The notes under the pieces were generated by a model. That model was not told where the DNA came from. It worked only from the letters and a program-made list of their open reading frames with translations, and ran no database searches. A stretch of 64,000 bases of DNA from Anolis carolinensis (Eukaryota), in the NCBI RefSeq assembly GCF_035594765.1, contig NC_085845.1, positions 159,480,897 to 159,544,896 of the forward strand. Direction: 5' to 3'. This document shows, in pieces, positions 37,792-51,905 of this stretch. The translations under genes and the position numbers were made by a program. Numbering within the stretch: position 1 is the first letter of the stretch; every line of letters starts with the position of its first letter.

Positions 37792-39669
37792 CTAAGAAAA
37801 AATAGTATTGGATTCTAGGGAAGGGTGGGGCACTTTCTTTGTAGTTTTCAGACCAAAATTGTCACAAAACCACAGTGATCTTTTTGGGTGGATTGGTGGG
37901 CTTTGAAGGACTGGCAGATGGCTTTAAGAACTGCTTATCTTCTGTAGGTTCTATTATGGCATCAAACGAACCTCCCTTAGGATGTTTTCCATAGCCACAG
38001 AGGAAAAGGTATTTCCCTTTTTTGACCCTCACCACATTTACAACAAGAATGCCTTTTGTAAAAAAGACTGCAGAAATCTCTACAATTGTAGTCATCTGGA
38101 TTGTCTCCTAAGAAACTACTATTGCCAATTTTGGCATAGGAGCAGATAACCTTCTTCTCTGTATATCATGTATCATCAACAAATGGCATGGGAAATAATA
38201 CCAGCTCTAGAAACATTATGAGACAATTAAGTTATTTGTAAAAGATTATGGAGTTCAAGATGAATGGCCAAAATATGCTTTAAATGGAGGGGCAATGAAT
38301 AGGTGTTACATTCTTATTTATCTGTACGTTAATGCATTTTAATGTTATTTTAAGTGATATGTAACATACATTTAATATGTTTGCAGAACACTCTGCCTTC
38401 AGTTGGAATCCAAAAGCATTCTTGGCAGGAATAAAGGTAATCTGACACATTAGATAATTGCTGCAATATGATATGAGGCCTTACATCAGCATTGTTCAGC
38501 CAAGTATTTAATGAATGAGAAAACAGGTAACCATTCTGTTCCATACTGTCACAATGGAATGGAGACAGACCCATTAGAATACAGATTGCTGCAAAATTTC
38601 ATGCATATCCTCTGGAATAGTAATGATGTCTAAAAGAAAAAGAATGGTGAGGAGTTTCAATTTGCACTAAGCAGCCCACATCATCATAGAGAAAAACCTC
38701 ATGTTGCTACATGTACACTTTCCTATCCTGTGTGATTATGCTACATGAGCTCCTAAAAGCAGGCAGTTATTCTGGCTGAATAAAGTTATTGCACTAGGGA
38801 TTAAGTTAAGCACTAACCAATTTACTTGATCAACCACACTGTTTAACAGCTGCAACAGATCAAATTATCACTTCATAACTAGGGACCTTATCAGACACTT
38901 TCACCCCGTCTAGAAGACGGAGTCCCATGCCAGACATCACACAAGCAATGTGGAGAAGGAACACACGGAACGACGAATTCACCCTGCTGCTCCCTCTTTC
39001 CTCTTGGATGCCAGGCAAAGTGGGATGCTTTGCCTGGCCTTTATGATGAGGCTGTATGTTAAAACTCAAGACTTCTGGTATGAAGCACTTTGCAGTCAAT
39101 GGACCATTGGGTCATTTCAATTGATTATAGTTTTCTGTTATTGTTTGGGGCATATCTACATTTTTATAAGCTTCATTTACTTCAGATGTCCAATAACATG
39201 GTTGATGGAGTATATATTAAGTGTTTGCTTAGCCTCTGTAGCCCACTTATTCCATCTTCCAGCTCTTAATCTACTTTTTAAAGGTTTTCTGCTCCCAGCA
39301 TATAGATTTATATGGCCAATACTAGCTATGTTTGATCACTGGAGCAGTAACCAAAGTCATTGATCAATTTTCTGATCTTTGTGAAAAACCACAGTTTCAA
39401 CAGCCAAGGACAGATAACCAATGCATTAAAATGACTAATAACAACTGTCAGGAACACAAAAAGGCCACTGCATTAATTAGTCCATAAGAAGGTATAGTGG
39501 AGAGTTGGCTATAAAAGTAGAATGATATAAAACCTGCTGAATCGTAACACCCAGATAATCCCACATCTTTGGTCCAACAGTGGTCAGACTGATCCTTTAA
39601 GGCAGCCCATAAATATGCTTCTGTTTGTACCCCACACACACACACACACACCATGTGACATTCAGACCT

Positions 39670-39882
39670 TTTTATTGTGTACTATCAAGTTGTGTGTGAC
39701 TTACTATGACCCTAAAGTTACAACAACACAATAACTTGGCAAGATTTTTTTCAGATGGGTATCTGTCTTTGTCTCTTTCTAGGGTTGAGGTCACCCAGTG
39801 GATTTACATGACTGAGCTGAGATTCAAATCTTGGTCTTCTGAATTCAATCCGACCCTCAACCATTGCACCATGATGGCTCTC
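39670..39882 (-). mobile_element. Old tRNA-derived CORE-type SINE
   Basis: aggtcacccagtggattt..gagattcaaatcttggtctt..caccatgatggctctc; same family as 52143-52330. Confidence 0.65.
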
Positions 39883-40747
39883 AGAATTCAAGAACGTAAC
39901 AAGTACTTCTCAGAGTGGTGGACCAGGCACTATTTCCATTCTATAAGCAAGAATTTCCAGAAAGGAAAGAAACAGTTGTAACGAATGAGTCCAAATATTG
40001 TGCTGATGAAACAATGAAGAAAACAAGCTTGTAAGTGAAGTTATTAATACAGGTTTTTATGACAATTTTGACAACATACAAAATGAATTTGCAAGTGAGG
40101 GTGTCAGGGTGAGCTATTTTCATTCTGAAGAAATGCCTTGCCATTTATATTGAATTTAAAGAAAACAGTGAAATTCCAGTGGGATTGTGGGAAGTGCCTT
40201 ATGAAACATTGCAAAAGATTGATATTGGGCAAAGATGGGTGAACTCATTTTTTTCTAATTTGTACCCAGTTGGACACTTTGTGTGTGAAATGTCAATGCA
40301 AACTTGAATTATTAGGAGTGTTCTTCCTCTAAAGAAGAAGCCTGGGTTTAGAGGAAAAAATAGGGTGGGGTGAAAGACCTCAGAAATAAATGAATAAAGA
40401 ATATAATAAACATGATGTGAAGAAAATGAGACAAAAAGTTTGAAATGAAATACTATGCTTGAGAAAAATACATAGGTAGGACAAATGAAGAAAGGAAAAA
40501 CAATTATCAAGGAAAAGACTGTAAATGCTCATGCAACTAATACATACTTTAATAACTTATGCTCTATGCAAAACACAATTAAACACTGTTGAAATCAATT
40601 GCATTCATTGGCTTGACTGAATGCAGAGGTTTGGACTCAGTTGTACATTTCAGCTACATTTTTTATATAAGAGTGTTGGCAAATACACATCCAAGGCACC
40701 CTACACATGTTGATTCATAAATAAATCGGCATTCAATTTAACAGAGA

Positions 40748-40749
<2 letters not shown>

Positions 40750-40787
<38 letters not shown>

Positions 40788-40805
40788 GTATGTATATGTA
40801 TATAT
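40750..40805. repeat. (GT)n/(GTAT)n microsatellite
   Basis: Directly visible. Confidence 0.95.
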
Positions 40806-41583
40806 AAAACCTCTGGAAGCATTGTATGACATTTCCACTAAAGCTGGAGGATGAATGGACACACTGCCCCTCACATGACATAGAGAAATATAGAGGAACT
40901 TCCTGTGGAGGCCCCTCTTCCAACTTCATTGCACCATGGAAGCTGAATTGACTTCTGGAAAACCATAGAAAATGAACATGGCTAATTTTGACATTTAATA
41001 AGGTGTAAATGGGGAAAAGGTCAGACTCTGACCTTGGACCATGCTAGCATTAAATGTCATAGCTCCCTGCCCAATCCTACATGATATTTTACCAAGATAA
41101 GTCCTGATTCTACAACATCATTTTTTCATTAATCCATAAGATTTTGTGGACATATGGTACTGAGATTGTTCAGGTGTAAATATCTTCTTGGCCTAGGTGG
41201 TGCTTTTTGTAGAGCAAAACTGAAAATATACAAACTCTAAATACTGTAATTATGACAAGGAGTTACATTACACAGAGAAAAGACAGCAGTTACATAAAAC
41301 AGAACTACCCCTGGAAAAACAGAAACATGTTAACTATTTCCCTAAACTGATAATACTGTTTAGGTCTGCACAAATTGTTTTTTTAAAAAATTTTGAGTAT
41401 TCCTTTTAAACTTTCCTTTCTATGTAGTTCAATTATATATATGTCCAGGCTAAAATGATATTGTGGAGGGATATCCTGAATTCTCATGATGAAATACAAT
41501 GGCCTAGACAATTAGGAAAATTTAAGTTGATCAGAGAATTGCTTAGCTACATGCTGAATGGGAGCTAATAGATTCTGATTACG

Positions 41584-41960
41584 TAGGCATGTGCGATCGA
41601 TAAAAATAGTTTCAAAAGTAATTACAAAATTAGGGGGTGCTAGCATTTCATTTCTAAAGTGCAGTTAGTGAAAAATTCATTACTATAACAAGAGTAACAG
41701 AGTTTCGTTACTTTTTTGTTATAATAATAATTACTATAATTGGGGAAATTTCAGGGGATCCTTTCTCCCTCATTTGAACAGCTATTGGGGTGAAACTTGA
41801 TACAATGGTAGACCACATTTACCACTGTTACCCAATCAAGTTTCAAAACATTTCACTTATCCACGGATTTTTGTGGAATTTTCAAAATTTTTATAAACAA
41901 CATTTTTATTTTAAAAACAAGAGCTATCTCCTTGAATTTTCTATACTATGACACAAGATA
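41584..41960 (+). mobile_element. Left part of the TAGG-terminal DNA transposon family
   Basis: Homology to 26779-26860 and 16305-16440. Confidence 0.6.
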
Positions 41961-42529
41961 ACAGGGAACCAAAAAAAAGCACATTGATTATGGATGCGGT
42001 TTTTCATTTATTATGTTTCTGTGTGTATAACAGAACTATCTGAACTGCCCTTTCTGTTTGATATTTTAACTGCCTTTCTGTCTGCCTGCTTTTCTTGTCA
42101 TTTCATTAATTCTTCTTTTCTTGTGTAAGAAAATGTGTTTTTGTGGACCTTCTTGCACAGAAAACAATCTCATGTAGAAAAACCAGTTTTCCGTACAAAG
42201 ATGTTGTGATTGCACAAATGACCCCCCCCCCCCCAATAGTTCAGAAATGTACGAGGGCTCTCAGCAGCTGTCAGCTAACCATTATTTCGAGCAGGTGATT
42301 TCTTGTTTTGAGATACTGTTTCTCCTCAGAGGTAAGATAATTGGTGAGTAGTCCTTGTTTCCCAAATTTCTGATATGGATATATCTTGGCTTCAAGTAAA
42401 CATCAGGCTGATACATATTGATCTCAGTGTTCATACCAGTAGAAAATTTACCATAGAATAATAGCACAAATGTTAAGTGAGGCATGTAGTGAGATAAGAA
42501 TAAAGACTGAAGTAAGAAGCGTCAACTAT

Positions 42530-42722
42530 GTCGCTCTTGGTCATTGACTATGTTTTTATCCTGTGATGTGGTGTTTTATACTTGCTGATGAATTTATTGT
42601 TATGTTTAGAATGCATTTTATATTGTTTGTATTTTGTTGTATTTTGTTGGGCTTAGTCCCCATGTGAGCCTCCCCGAGCCCCCTCAGGGAGACGGGATCG
42701 GGATACAAAAAAAAGTTATTAT
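42530..42722 (+). mobile_element. L2-type 3' tail fragment
   Basis: gggcttagtcccatgtgagcctccccgagcc..ggatacaaaaaaa; sister copy at 58760-58949. Confidence 0.6.
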
Positions 42723-44439
42723 CATAAGAACTATTCTGGATAAATTAGCTCACATAGAGATTGCACAGACTCTATCCTTAGAAAGAAGAAAACCTTCCTT
42801 CCTTCTCTTTTTGTATTTCTTCCTATGGATTTCATTGCAAATTCTGGCTGAAAATGGTGCTCCTGCTTTTCTAACTAACACCATCCCTTAATGTTCCCCT
42901 CTCACTATCATTCTATAATGGAGAAATAATCTGTGGTATCTATATTGTTTCAATCCACTAGAATGTTATTCCATTAGTAGTTTTCTTTGGTCATGTGTAA
43001 TTGATTCCAGAGAGGCAGAAAGAAAAAAAAAAGGTTAATGAATATTTTGACTATGTCATATAGTCCATATGGATAGCCCTAGAGCATATGTCAAGTCTGC
43101 ATACATTCGTACAGAAAAGCTGCAGTTAGGAGCATATGTTTGTATACAGTTCTTTTACCCCTTGATGGAAAGAGTGTTTATTTTTCAGAGTGATGGGTAA
43201 GCTGAGGCAAATGTTAAAACCTTGTATAAGCATCAAAGCTCCAGCTGCTGAATTATATCATATCTTTCCAAAGGCATGTGATGAACCATAGTTGGAGCTT
43301 AATCTCATAAAAGTAGTTTTGTCCACAGTATCTCAGCTTTTCTGCTTCCTGCTCTGGACAGAATGAAAGAGTGTGAGGAAAAACTCACAAAACAATAATA
43401 AGAAAACATTGAGGGCAGCAATTGAAGACAGCTTGGCTTATTAGATGAGCTCCCTATGGGTCATAGCTACACAGAAGGCAAAAAGCAAGATAAAGAAGTA
43501 GAAGAAGAGTAATCCAAGATGGCATTGAACATTTTCAGTAATCACAACAGGGTCATCTGAAGATTCCTTTTTGCTAGGGGCAAAGAATTAGTTCTGCTCC
43601 CTCTCCCATCATTATTTTATGACTAACAGTTGAATCTTACTAAACAACAGATAAAAGAAATATTGTTCTACTGCACCTGAAGGCAGCAGGTTGACTGAGT
43701 AGTAGAGCACACTTTACGTGGCACATATTGATTTTTCCTTCTAAGAACGGGGACAAGCAAGGAGTGTCAGGAGGAATATCTGAGAGATCTGTAACTCCTG
43801 TCCTCTACATCCATCACCTGAGGTGGCCATCTCAGGCCCCATCTGCATTGACCATTTGATTCAGACAACAAACTATCACAAAATCATGCAAAAGAAAACC
43901 CTTGATGTGCATTAGTGGTGTGTGTAATCACCATCTGGGCATCAAACTGGTTCCAGGATTGCCTATGTAATCATCTGCACAGCCAAACCATTTTCTTCAA
44001 TACTGATTTGAAACTGCATTAAAATGTCCCTGTAGATGGGGCTCCAGTCTGCCATATGATTGAGTTAGCCCAGGTTAGAATGTACAGGAAGGAGGAGGGA
44101 AAACATTTCTTAGAATAATTATTTCGGTTCCATTGTAAAAGCTAATAAACTATCAGGACCCCAGGAACAGGAAAAACTTCTTTAATTTTTAGTTTTTTGC
44201 CAGGAAGAATAATAGATACTCAGTTTTAAATGTGATTTTTCTCCCACATTCAAATATATTCTGGAGGAATTTTCTGTGCAGAAAGACATGTTGGTATTTT
44301 CACACACCCTCCCATTTTTAGCACAAAATTGTGTTTCCTAAAAAAACATGTTTTCATACAAGAAGCATGTTTCTACACCAAAATGATGTCTTTTTCTGCA
44401 CAGAAAAGTCTTCTGGCATATTTCAGAATGTTTGAATAC

Positions 44440-44746
44440 AAAAATATAGAATATAGAATCCCAAAATTTGAAACTCAAATCCAAAAATGTCCATATGGAT
44501 TGTTGAGACAGAGACATCTTTGCTTGCTGATGGGTCAGTGTACTCAGACTTTATATAATGTACAATATTTAAAACACTATATAATTATGTTTGGGCTATT
44601 TATATAAAGTGTATATAAAACAAATAAGTGTTGTATTTAGAGTTGGGTCCAATCTCATTATGCAGTGCACATATATGCAAATACAAGTATTCTAAAACTG
44701 AAAACACTTCTAGTCCCAAGTATTTCAGATAAGGGATGCTCAACCT
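44440..44746 (-). mobile_element. Tigger4/MER46-like MITE
   Basis: aaaacacttctagtcccaagtatttcagataagggatgctcaacct is the reverse complement of the 6552 left end. Confidence 0.75.
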
Positions 44747-45530
44747 TTCTTAAGGCAAATCTTTGGTTCTTAACTCATTTATTGGGAGGGAGGCTATTAA
44801 TAATATGTGCTATGTTTTTCCTTTTTCTTTTACTCAGTTTTAAATGTGCTTTTAGCTTAGGATTTTTAATGGAATCATTAATTTGTTTTTAGTTTTTCTG
44901 TTGAAAACAATTTAGCAGTACTTTGTGTTGTTTTTGTTTTTGTAAGTTCCTTTGAGAACTGCATAAAGAGAAAGGCAGAAAAATGTATAAAAATAAAATA
45001 TTTGATACTCAGTCAGAAATGTTAACAAATAAAAATTAGGCTTTAGGAGTTTCAGATTTCAATAATACATGTAACAAAATGCAAATAACCTCCACCCACT
45101 TATACAAACTAAGTGTGTGAGACATCAATTTAAAAGCAGAAACTATTTCTCACTGGGATGTGGCTGGGATGTTGAAGTCTACCATTTCCGAAAGGTTTAA
45201 ACTACAGCTGTAGTTAATCTCAAATCATGTATGCCAAAGTAGTTTCAGTGTTTTCAATGGCACTAAATCAAACAGAGATTGGTGGCCTCAGCCATTTCTT
45301 GATTATGGAGACCAAATGTATTATAATGCCCTTTTCATGCTGTAATCTCTGAAAACCTCAAACAATCCCACTTAAAATGTATAGTTTATTGCATTCAGTG
45401 TGTGACAAAGTGGCTCGTCTTTCTTCAATGCTTTTTATTTAAATCACCCTAAAGGAAGAAAACAGTTTAAAAATGCACAGTATTGGCAGCAAGCCAAATT
45501 AGAACTGTTTGTTTTTAGTTAGCAACTGAC

Positions 45531-45591
45531 CTTCCAAACGGTATTTACTCATGTACATCCATGGTAGATTAATAGATCCAAAGAAGTTTAG
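45531..45591 (-). CDS. Candidate 61-nt alternative exon (LNFFGSINLPWMYMSKYRLE), then an 82-nt intron and a stop-containing acceptor exon at 45448
   Basis: ttctattcatttag acceptor, AAG|gtcagt donor, next acceptor ctgttttcttcctttag|GG TGA; upstream YGCY cluster; downstream aataaa. Confidence 0.3.
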
Positions 45592-45756
45592 CTAAATGAA
45601 TAGAATTGTCTTATAACAACAAAAGCAGCGAGTATTAGCAGCATAAAAATAAGAAAGCAGCATTGTGCTTTCAGTATGAAACAGTGCATAAAACTGTGGG
45701 TTACATATGGGAAAACCTCAAATGTCTTGTGTAAATCACATGGTATTATACATCTG

Positions 45757-45816
45757 TATTATTATTATAATTATCATTATCATTATCATTATTATTATCA
45801 TTATCATTATTATTAG
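45757..45816. repeat. (ATT/ATC)n compound microsatellite
   Basis: Directly visible. Confidence 0.9.
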
Positions 45817-47224
45817 TAGTTGGCACTAAGAATTCATAAGACTCAGTTTCCTCTTCTATAAAATAGGACATGATTATAAGAATATCTTGTACATCAAATC
45901 CATCCAAGGGCAAATTTAGGTGTTTTCCAGGCAATTCCACGAGATGAATGCTGGAGGGAAAAGATACCTAGAAATGTATGTATCTCACTGGGACCTCCAT
46001 GAAATAAGTTACAGCACCATATAGGTAAGTTAACTAAGTCATCAATGCCAAGCTTTATTTTACTATAAGTAATAACATAGCGGCATCTGAATAAACATGG
46101 TGATTTTAAAGCCAAAACTTGTTGGATATTGCATTTCCAATGTGTTTAACAAACTGGAATTCCTTCTGACTGTGCTGTTAAATCCAGTATCTATGTGTTC
46201 TTGCTTGATGCTCCATCAAAAAGGGAGTTGACCATGATACCAGCTAAGCAGATTTTGTAATTGATACAAGGCTATTAGCTGTGGAATGATAAGTAAACAA
46301 GGATTTCCCTTCTCAAGGTCTCAAGATAAGCAAGGCAAACATTACCTGCTAAACCAAGGGTGAGCCAAAGCATCAGTTCTGCAAGGAGTATAGTCCCACT
46401 GGTGAAGTAGAGGTCTAAGTCATCAGAAACCAACAGCAACCTCTCCCTCCATACAGAAAGGCTGCCATTTGTGTGAGTGCAGAAAAATAAGCCAATTTGA
46501 TTTTAGTATATATGTTATATATTAGAATTAGCCTAAAAGGACCAGGGTTTAAGATAATGCAACAAAATATTATTGAAACTGTAAACATTTTGGCATGGTA
46601 CCTTTAAATGACCTCATGAGAAATTTTTTGCACTGCAACTCAAGTGTGGATAGTTTATAAATATTTTACTAAAATCCTTTGTTGGTCAAGGAGTTTATTT
46701 ATGGAGTGAAACCTTGAAGCAGCAGAAGTGTTCAATGGTTTTTAAAAGTAGCTTCTCAGGCAACACATGTATTTATCTTTCATGGCAACAGCCATATCTG
46801 ATAACATTATTGCTCCTATACATCCATGGTTGCTGATGTGCAGAATATCTGTTGTTGAAAATATTTTCCCACAAGGCTTCAAGAGTCTCCTGTAAATCTT
46901 TCTTTTTTCTGATGTTAAAAAATAAAACAATTCTGGCAAAAACAAAGCTTTCTGTAAAGCTTTTTATACATTCATACATATTTGGGAAATAATCCGGAGA
47001 GAAGGAGGCAACTAGTTTATTAAAGGCATAGATTAAGAAGTTGTAAATGACAACTAAGAAAAGGTATATATTTGTAAGAAAATATGTCACCTATCGACTA
47101 TGTTTCATAGAAAGTGTGCACAGCATTACCTTTTTTTTAATAGCTGTTAATATAATCTGAAAAAGACAGCAAAGGGTTATATTTTACCAGAGTCAATGTA
47201 TATGCCAAGTTTATCAGATAAAGT

Positions 47225-47662
47225 AGGAAACATGGCATATAAACTAAGATCTTCTGGGGAGACTCTGCTCTCGGTCCCACCACCATCACAGGTGTGTTTG
47301 GCAGGGATGAGAGATAGGACCTTCTCAGTGATCGCCCCCCAGCTGTGGAATTCCCTGGGGAAATTAGATCAGCCCCCACTCTCCTGTCCTTCAGAAAGAT
47401 GGTAAAGACCTGGCTATGGGACCAAGCCTTTGGGGCAGTACAATGAGGCAATAATAGGAAACCTACTTTGATGACCGGAGCCAGCATGGTGTCCTGAGTT
47501 GGCTTATTTTAAAGTAGATATAACTGATTTTAATGTTTGTGTATATTTATAATTATTTTATGTCCTGGCATGAAATGCTTGCCGCATATATGCTGTGCTC
47601 TGCCCTTAGTTCCCTTCGGGGTGAGAAGGGCAGAATATAAATGTTTTAAATAAATAAATAAA
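47225..47662 (+). mobile_element. L2 LINE 3' fragment
   Basis: LRSSGETLLSVPP..RDRTFSVIAPQLWNSL; tail gggtgagaagggcagaatataaatgttttaaataaataaa. Confidence 0.88.
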
Positions 47663-47720
47663 TTTACATTGGCCCTGGTTTCATATAATTTCATTTACTG
47701 TCTTTTCAATATGATAAAGT

Positions 47721-48010
47721 GGGAGCCCCGGTGGCGCAGCAGGTTAAACAGCTGAGCTGTTGAATTTACTGACTGAAAGAATGATGGTTTGAATCCAGGG
47801 AGCGGGGTGAGATTCTGCTGTTAGCCCTAGCTGCTGCTAACCTAGCAGTTCAAAAACATGCAAATATGAGTAGATCAATAGGTACCGCTCCAGTGGGAAG
47901 GTAACAGCTCTTCAGTTTAGAAATGGAGATGAGCACCAACCCCTCCCCTCCCCCAAAGTTGGACACAACTAGATTTAATGTCAGGGGCAAACTTTTACCT
48001 TTACCTATCG
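47721..48010 (+). mobile_element. Sauria SINE with an internal deletion
   Basis: Head ggagccccggtggcgcag, tail acttttacctttacct; TSD gataaagt at 47713-47720 and 48011-48018. Confidence 0.93.
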
Positions 48011-50549
48011 GATAAAGTACTTTTATTTGACTTTAAATTGCAGGTTTTGATTCCAAAGTACTTTGTGCTTCCACTTCCTACTTTTGACACACACACACAC
48101 ACATACATCCCAGCTCTTCCAAGCATGAAATCTTCTACCATTAGCCAGAATTATATGGTCATTTCTGATGATGGATTGAAAATTGTGTATCAGGCAGTCC
48201 CAGGTCTATGCTCTCATAGATTGTCTAATACTTTCATTTGTGATAGATTTACCTATTTCCAATGTTATAGGAGAAATTGGCCACTGCACTCTCCACAATT
48301 ATCTACTTCTGATCAACATGACATTACCTTACACAGATCATTCAAATCTTTCCTAAACCTTACTTTTTCTATAAAGTGTTTTGCTGCAATGGAATGCCAA
48401 ACTGGCATTCTAATTTTGTACTGTAACTTAATATATAAAGTTGTACAACAGGAAAAAAATTACACACGGTGGTTCTTCATGCTGCTCATTCTCTCTGAGT
48501 TCTCCTTTGGTAACCTTTAGTTTGTAGGGTACTCAGAAAAGAAACCTGCACTCCTATATTCTGAAAAGCCTTATACACATTTGTGGGGTAGTGTTATGTC
48601 TTTTTAGTATGGAGTAAAACATGGTTTATTGAATGCATATCGTATTTTGTCATTTCCCATTTGTCTCTTAAACAAACAAATAATAAACAAAGTAAAAACA
48701 CTAGGTAAAAAATCCTCTTTTAATCAGCTATTTATTAATATGGATTCTGAGCTGCACACTTGTATGTGTGTGTTTAATTTGGAACATGTGATAGTCTAGA
48801 TATGTGCTAAAGGCCCAGTTATTCATATGTAAATAGCTGCCTACATGGACCAGTATACTGAATCACGAAAGCCTGTCTCAGTCCCAAAAGAAGGACATGG
48901 ATGAATGACCTGAATTATTGGTTCACCTTTCATCTACAGAATGAATGGGCTGGATTGTTGTCAATCATCAGCACTTCCATTAGGACTGTCTTCTCAGTCT
49001 CTCACGCCACCCTGTTATTTTCCCTCAGTCTCTTCTGCTCTTTTCTATAATAGGAAAAATACTGGCTGGTATCTTGTTAGTACATTATGATATCATAAGT
49101 CCAAGTTATGCTATTATACACTGTTTTGTTGGTCATTTTTGGAGGCTGGAATACTTTGCTCATGAGGGATCTTGTTAGTAAGTTATGATAGCATACTTCC
49201 AATTTATGCTATGAGACACAATTTTGTTGGTCATTGTGAAGACTGGGATAGTTTGCTGACCAACCAAAACCCCTCCATCTTTTACATGATACAACCTCTC
49301 CCTCTAAAATGGCTGTTTCACTATGTCTGGAGAGTTGGAAATCTATTATGGTGGAACAACTTACTTTTATGTGGCTGAGCACACCATCTGCAGGGACCTT
49401 CCAATGAACTTCTAGAGATCCCTGTGGGTGACTGTTGTAAGCTATCCAGTTATAGGAAAATAGCTTGACACATCTACACCGATCTCACATCCCTCTTTTC
49501 AATGACATGGAAATAGGTATGTGTGTGGAGGGGGGTATTGTTTAAAAGAATGGTTTTTGGTGATATCATCAGCAAGCATAGCAATGGAAGCAGAGCCACA
49601 TGCCAGATGTGCATCTCCTAATGCCAAAAGACAGATCCAAATATGATCAAAGCACCATTAAAAGTCATATCTCCAGTCTACCCCAACATAGTTTCCTCCA
49701 TATGTTTATTGGTAGTTAAAATGGCCAATAGGAGAAGACGGTCAAAGCATCTGGAGGGACTCCATTAGACAAGATTGTTCCTCCTTCCTAGGAGAACTGG
49801 GAGAAACAAAGCCTGAGTTAGACCTCCAAGCCTCTCTAGCATAATATCCCATTTAATTCAGAATATCTGTGGGATGGAGACCTTAGAGATTCTTAATTGC
49901 CTTCTGCTCCATTATGAGCAGCTGTTTCTTTTACACATGAGCAGCTGCAATGTCTTACCAGACTCAATAAAACACAGGGGGATATACAGATGGAGTTTTA
50001 ATTTGGAACCCTAATTTTGATACCATTTATTGGTTGGGCGATTTTGTGCAAGAGTCCTGGCTTTGCTTGTCTAAGCCTTTATGAAAAAAATGCATTTTTA
50101 AAATATTATACAATTGAGTATTATAAATTTCTTAGGCCATAGACAGACAAGCATTATAAACTTGTGCTGGAAGTGGTCTGAAGAAAATAAACTTGTACAT
50201 GTGCTGATTTATACAAGGTAAAACATATGTAAATTGGAATCTATACACATGTGTTAATGTGTTGTTGTTGTTGTTTTTATCATTGTCATCATACCAAAAG
50301 CTATACAGGAGAATAAAAAAACCCATATAATTACTATAAGCATGAACAGAAAAAATGAAAATGAAGGTATCATGAAGATCTTCCTGCTTATCTGACTGTA
50401 AGTCTTCTGAATTTAGAATATTCATGGGTTGCACTGTAATCATATCTTAGTATTAGAATACTAAGATATAGAAAAAAAACCCCCAAGAATCACAATGTTG
50501 GATCAAAGAAATTGCAGGATTAGGAGCTTGACATTAGTGTCATTTCTGT

Positions 50550-51766
50550 GGGCCCTTTCTCACTATATAGTTAACAGTGTTTGTATCCATGGATAATAAG
50601 TTGCTAATTGAAGTTCCACCATGAAATAATGAGACCATGTACAGGCATTATAGAAAAAAAGAGCCACTTTATTAGCCTCATTAAAGAATTTCTGGGCAAC
50701 TAAAAACTTGGGGGAATGAATTCAACAAGGGCAATGGTGAAAGGCCAGGTTTCTCTCTGTGACTACCTCCTAGGCCGATCTCTGGGCATAATACCTGGCC
50801 CTGGGGGGCAGTCCATGGTAATGGTTTGCAAGCCCCAGCTGGTCATATTGGAAGACCCTCCCAAGCCCCGAAACCCATCAGAAAGAGCAAAGCCCCCTAG
50901 AGTAGTCCCAAGGGGAGAATTTTACTAGCCCCCAAGCCCCAGAACTTAGAGAAGCTGAAAAATATCATTTCTGCATCCCAAATGGGATGCCAAGGTGAAC
51001 ACCAATCCATGTTTGTCCCCCATTTCCTGCCAATGATACCAGCTGTTTAAAATGACACCACCCTAATAAAATTCCTTTTCTCCCTTCAAGACATTATGAG
51101 TAGGATTGTTTAGTAGGGAAAACATTCCTACCCATCCCCAAGGCAGCCAGCATTCACTCATATTGAAGGGTGGGTTGTGAGCTGTTGGGGTGCATACGGG
51201 AGGGGCAGGCAGCTTTAAATAGCCTGCTTCTTCCCCTTTCCCATCTGCTGAGACTGGTGTGAGAGCCAGTCACACATGAAGTCCCATTATCTCATCTACA
51301 GGGGCTTCAAAGCTTGTCCCTGGCCAAATTACTTTGCCTTTTACTTGGCCATAGGGAAGAAATGAAATTACCATAGAGTTGCCCTAGTAGGCCTAGCAAA
51401 TGTCTAAAGAGGTATCCACTCTAGCAATTTGCTATGTCCTCCACTGTGTCTCTAGGTTAACTTTTGGCAGAAGCAAATTATAGAGTTGCTCCGGAAGACC
51501 TAAACAATTCCTAGAGATGCAGGTAGGTGAAACTGTGGGTACTGGTCCCATGGTTACAGGGATCATATTGTATAGCACAGTGATTCCTTTTTAACTACTA
51601 AATTCTTTACTCTTATGGAGACCTGACACTGATAGCTTTGTGAGGCACTGTAGCCTTTTGGCTAAATATTCTAAATACCCTCATCTGCAAATCATAGGAT
51701 TCCATAGGATTGAGCCCTCAAAATTAGTGAAAAGATAGTACTATAATTATGTAGTGTAAAAGGTCC
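50550..51766. mobile_element. Harbinger-like MITE carrying a ~1-kb nested Tc1/Tigger-like insert (50575-51570)
   Basis: Outer TIR ggccctttctcactatatagtta / taattatgtagtgtaaaaggtcc; inner degenerate ends cagtgtttgtatccatgg / ccatggttacagggatcatattg|ta. Confidence 0.5.
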
Positions 51767-51828
51767 AAAAATTTCTTAGACCTAAGGCACTAGAGGTCTT
51801 TTGAATCACTATCTTTTCTTTTTCTATA

Positions 51829-51905
51829 CAGGGTGTTTGAAAAAGAATTCCCTATTCACCATTGAAATTCAATGGTGAATAGGGAGTTCATTTTCAAACA
51901 CCCTG
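51829..51905. mobile_element. 77-bp almost perfect palindromic Tc1/mariner MITE
   Basis: 38-bp arms with 2 mismatches around a 1-nt centre; TA on both sides. Confidence 0.9.

Noticed and set aside
47978-48520. 180-aa ORF
   Set aside because: Starts in a SINE tail, crosses a (CA)n repeat and has no motif.
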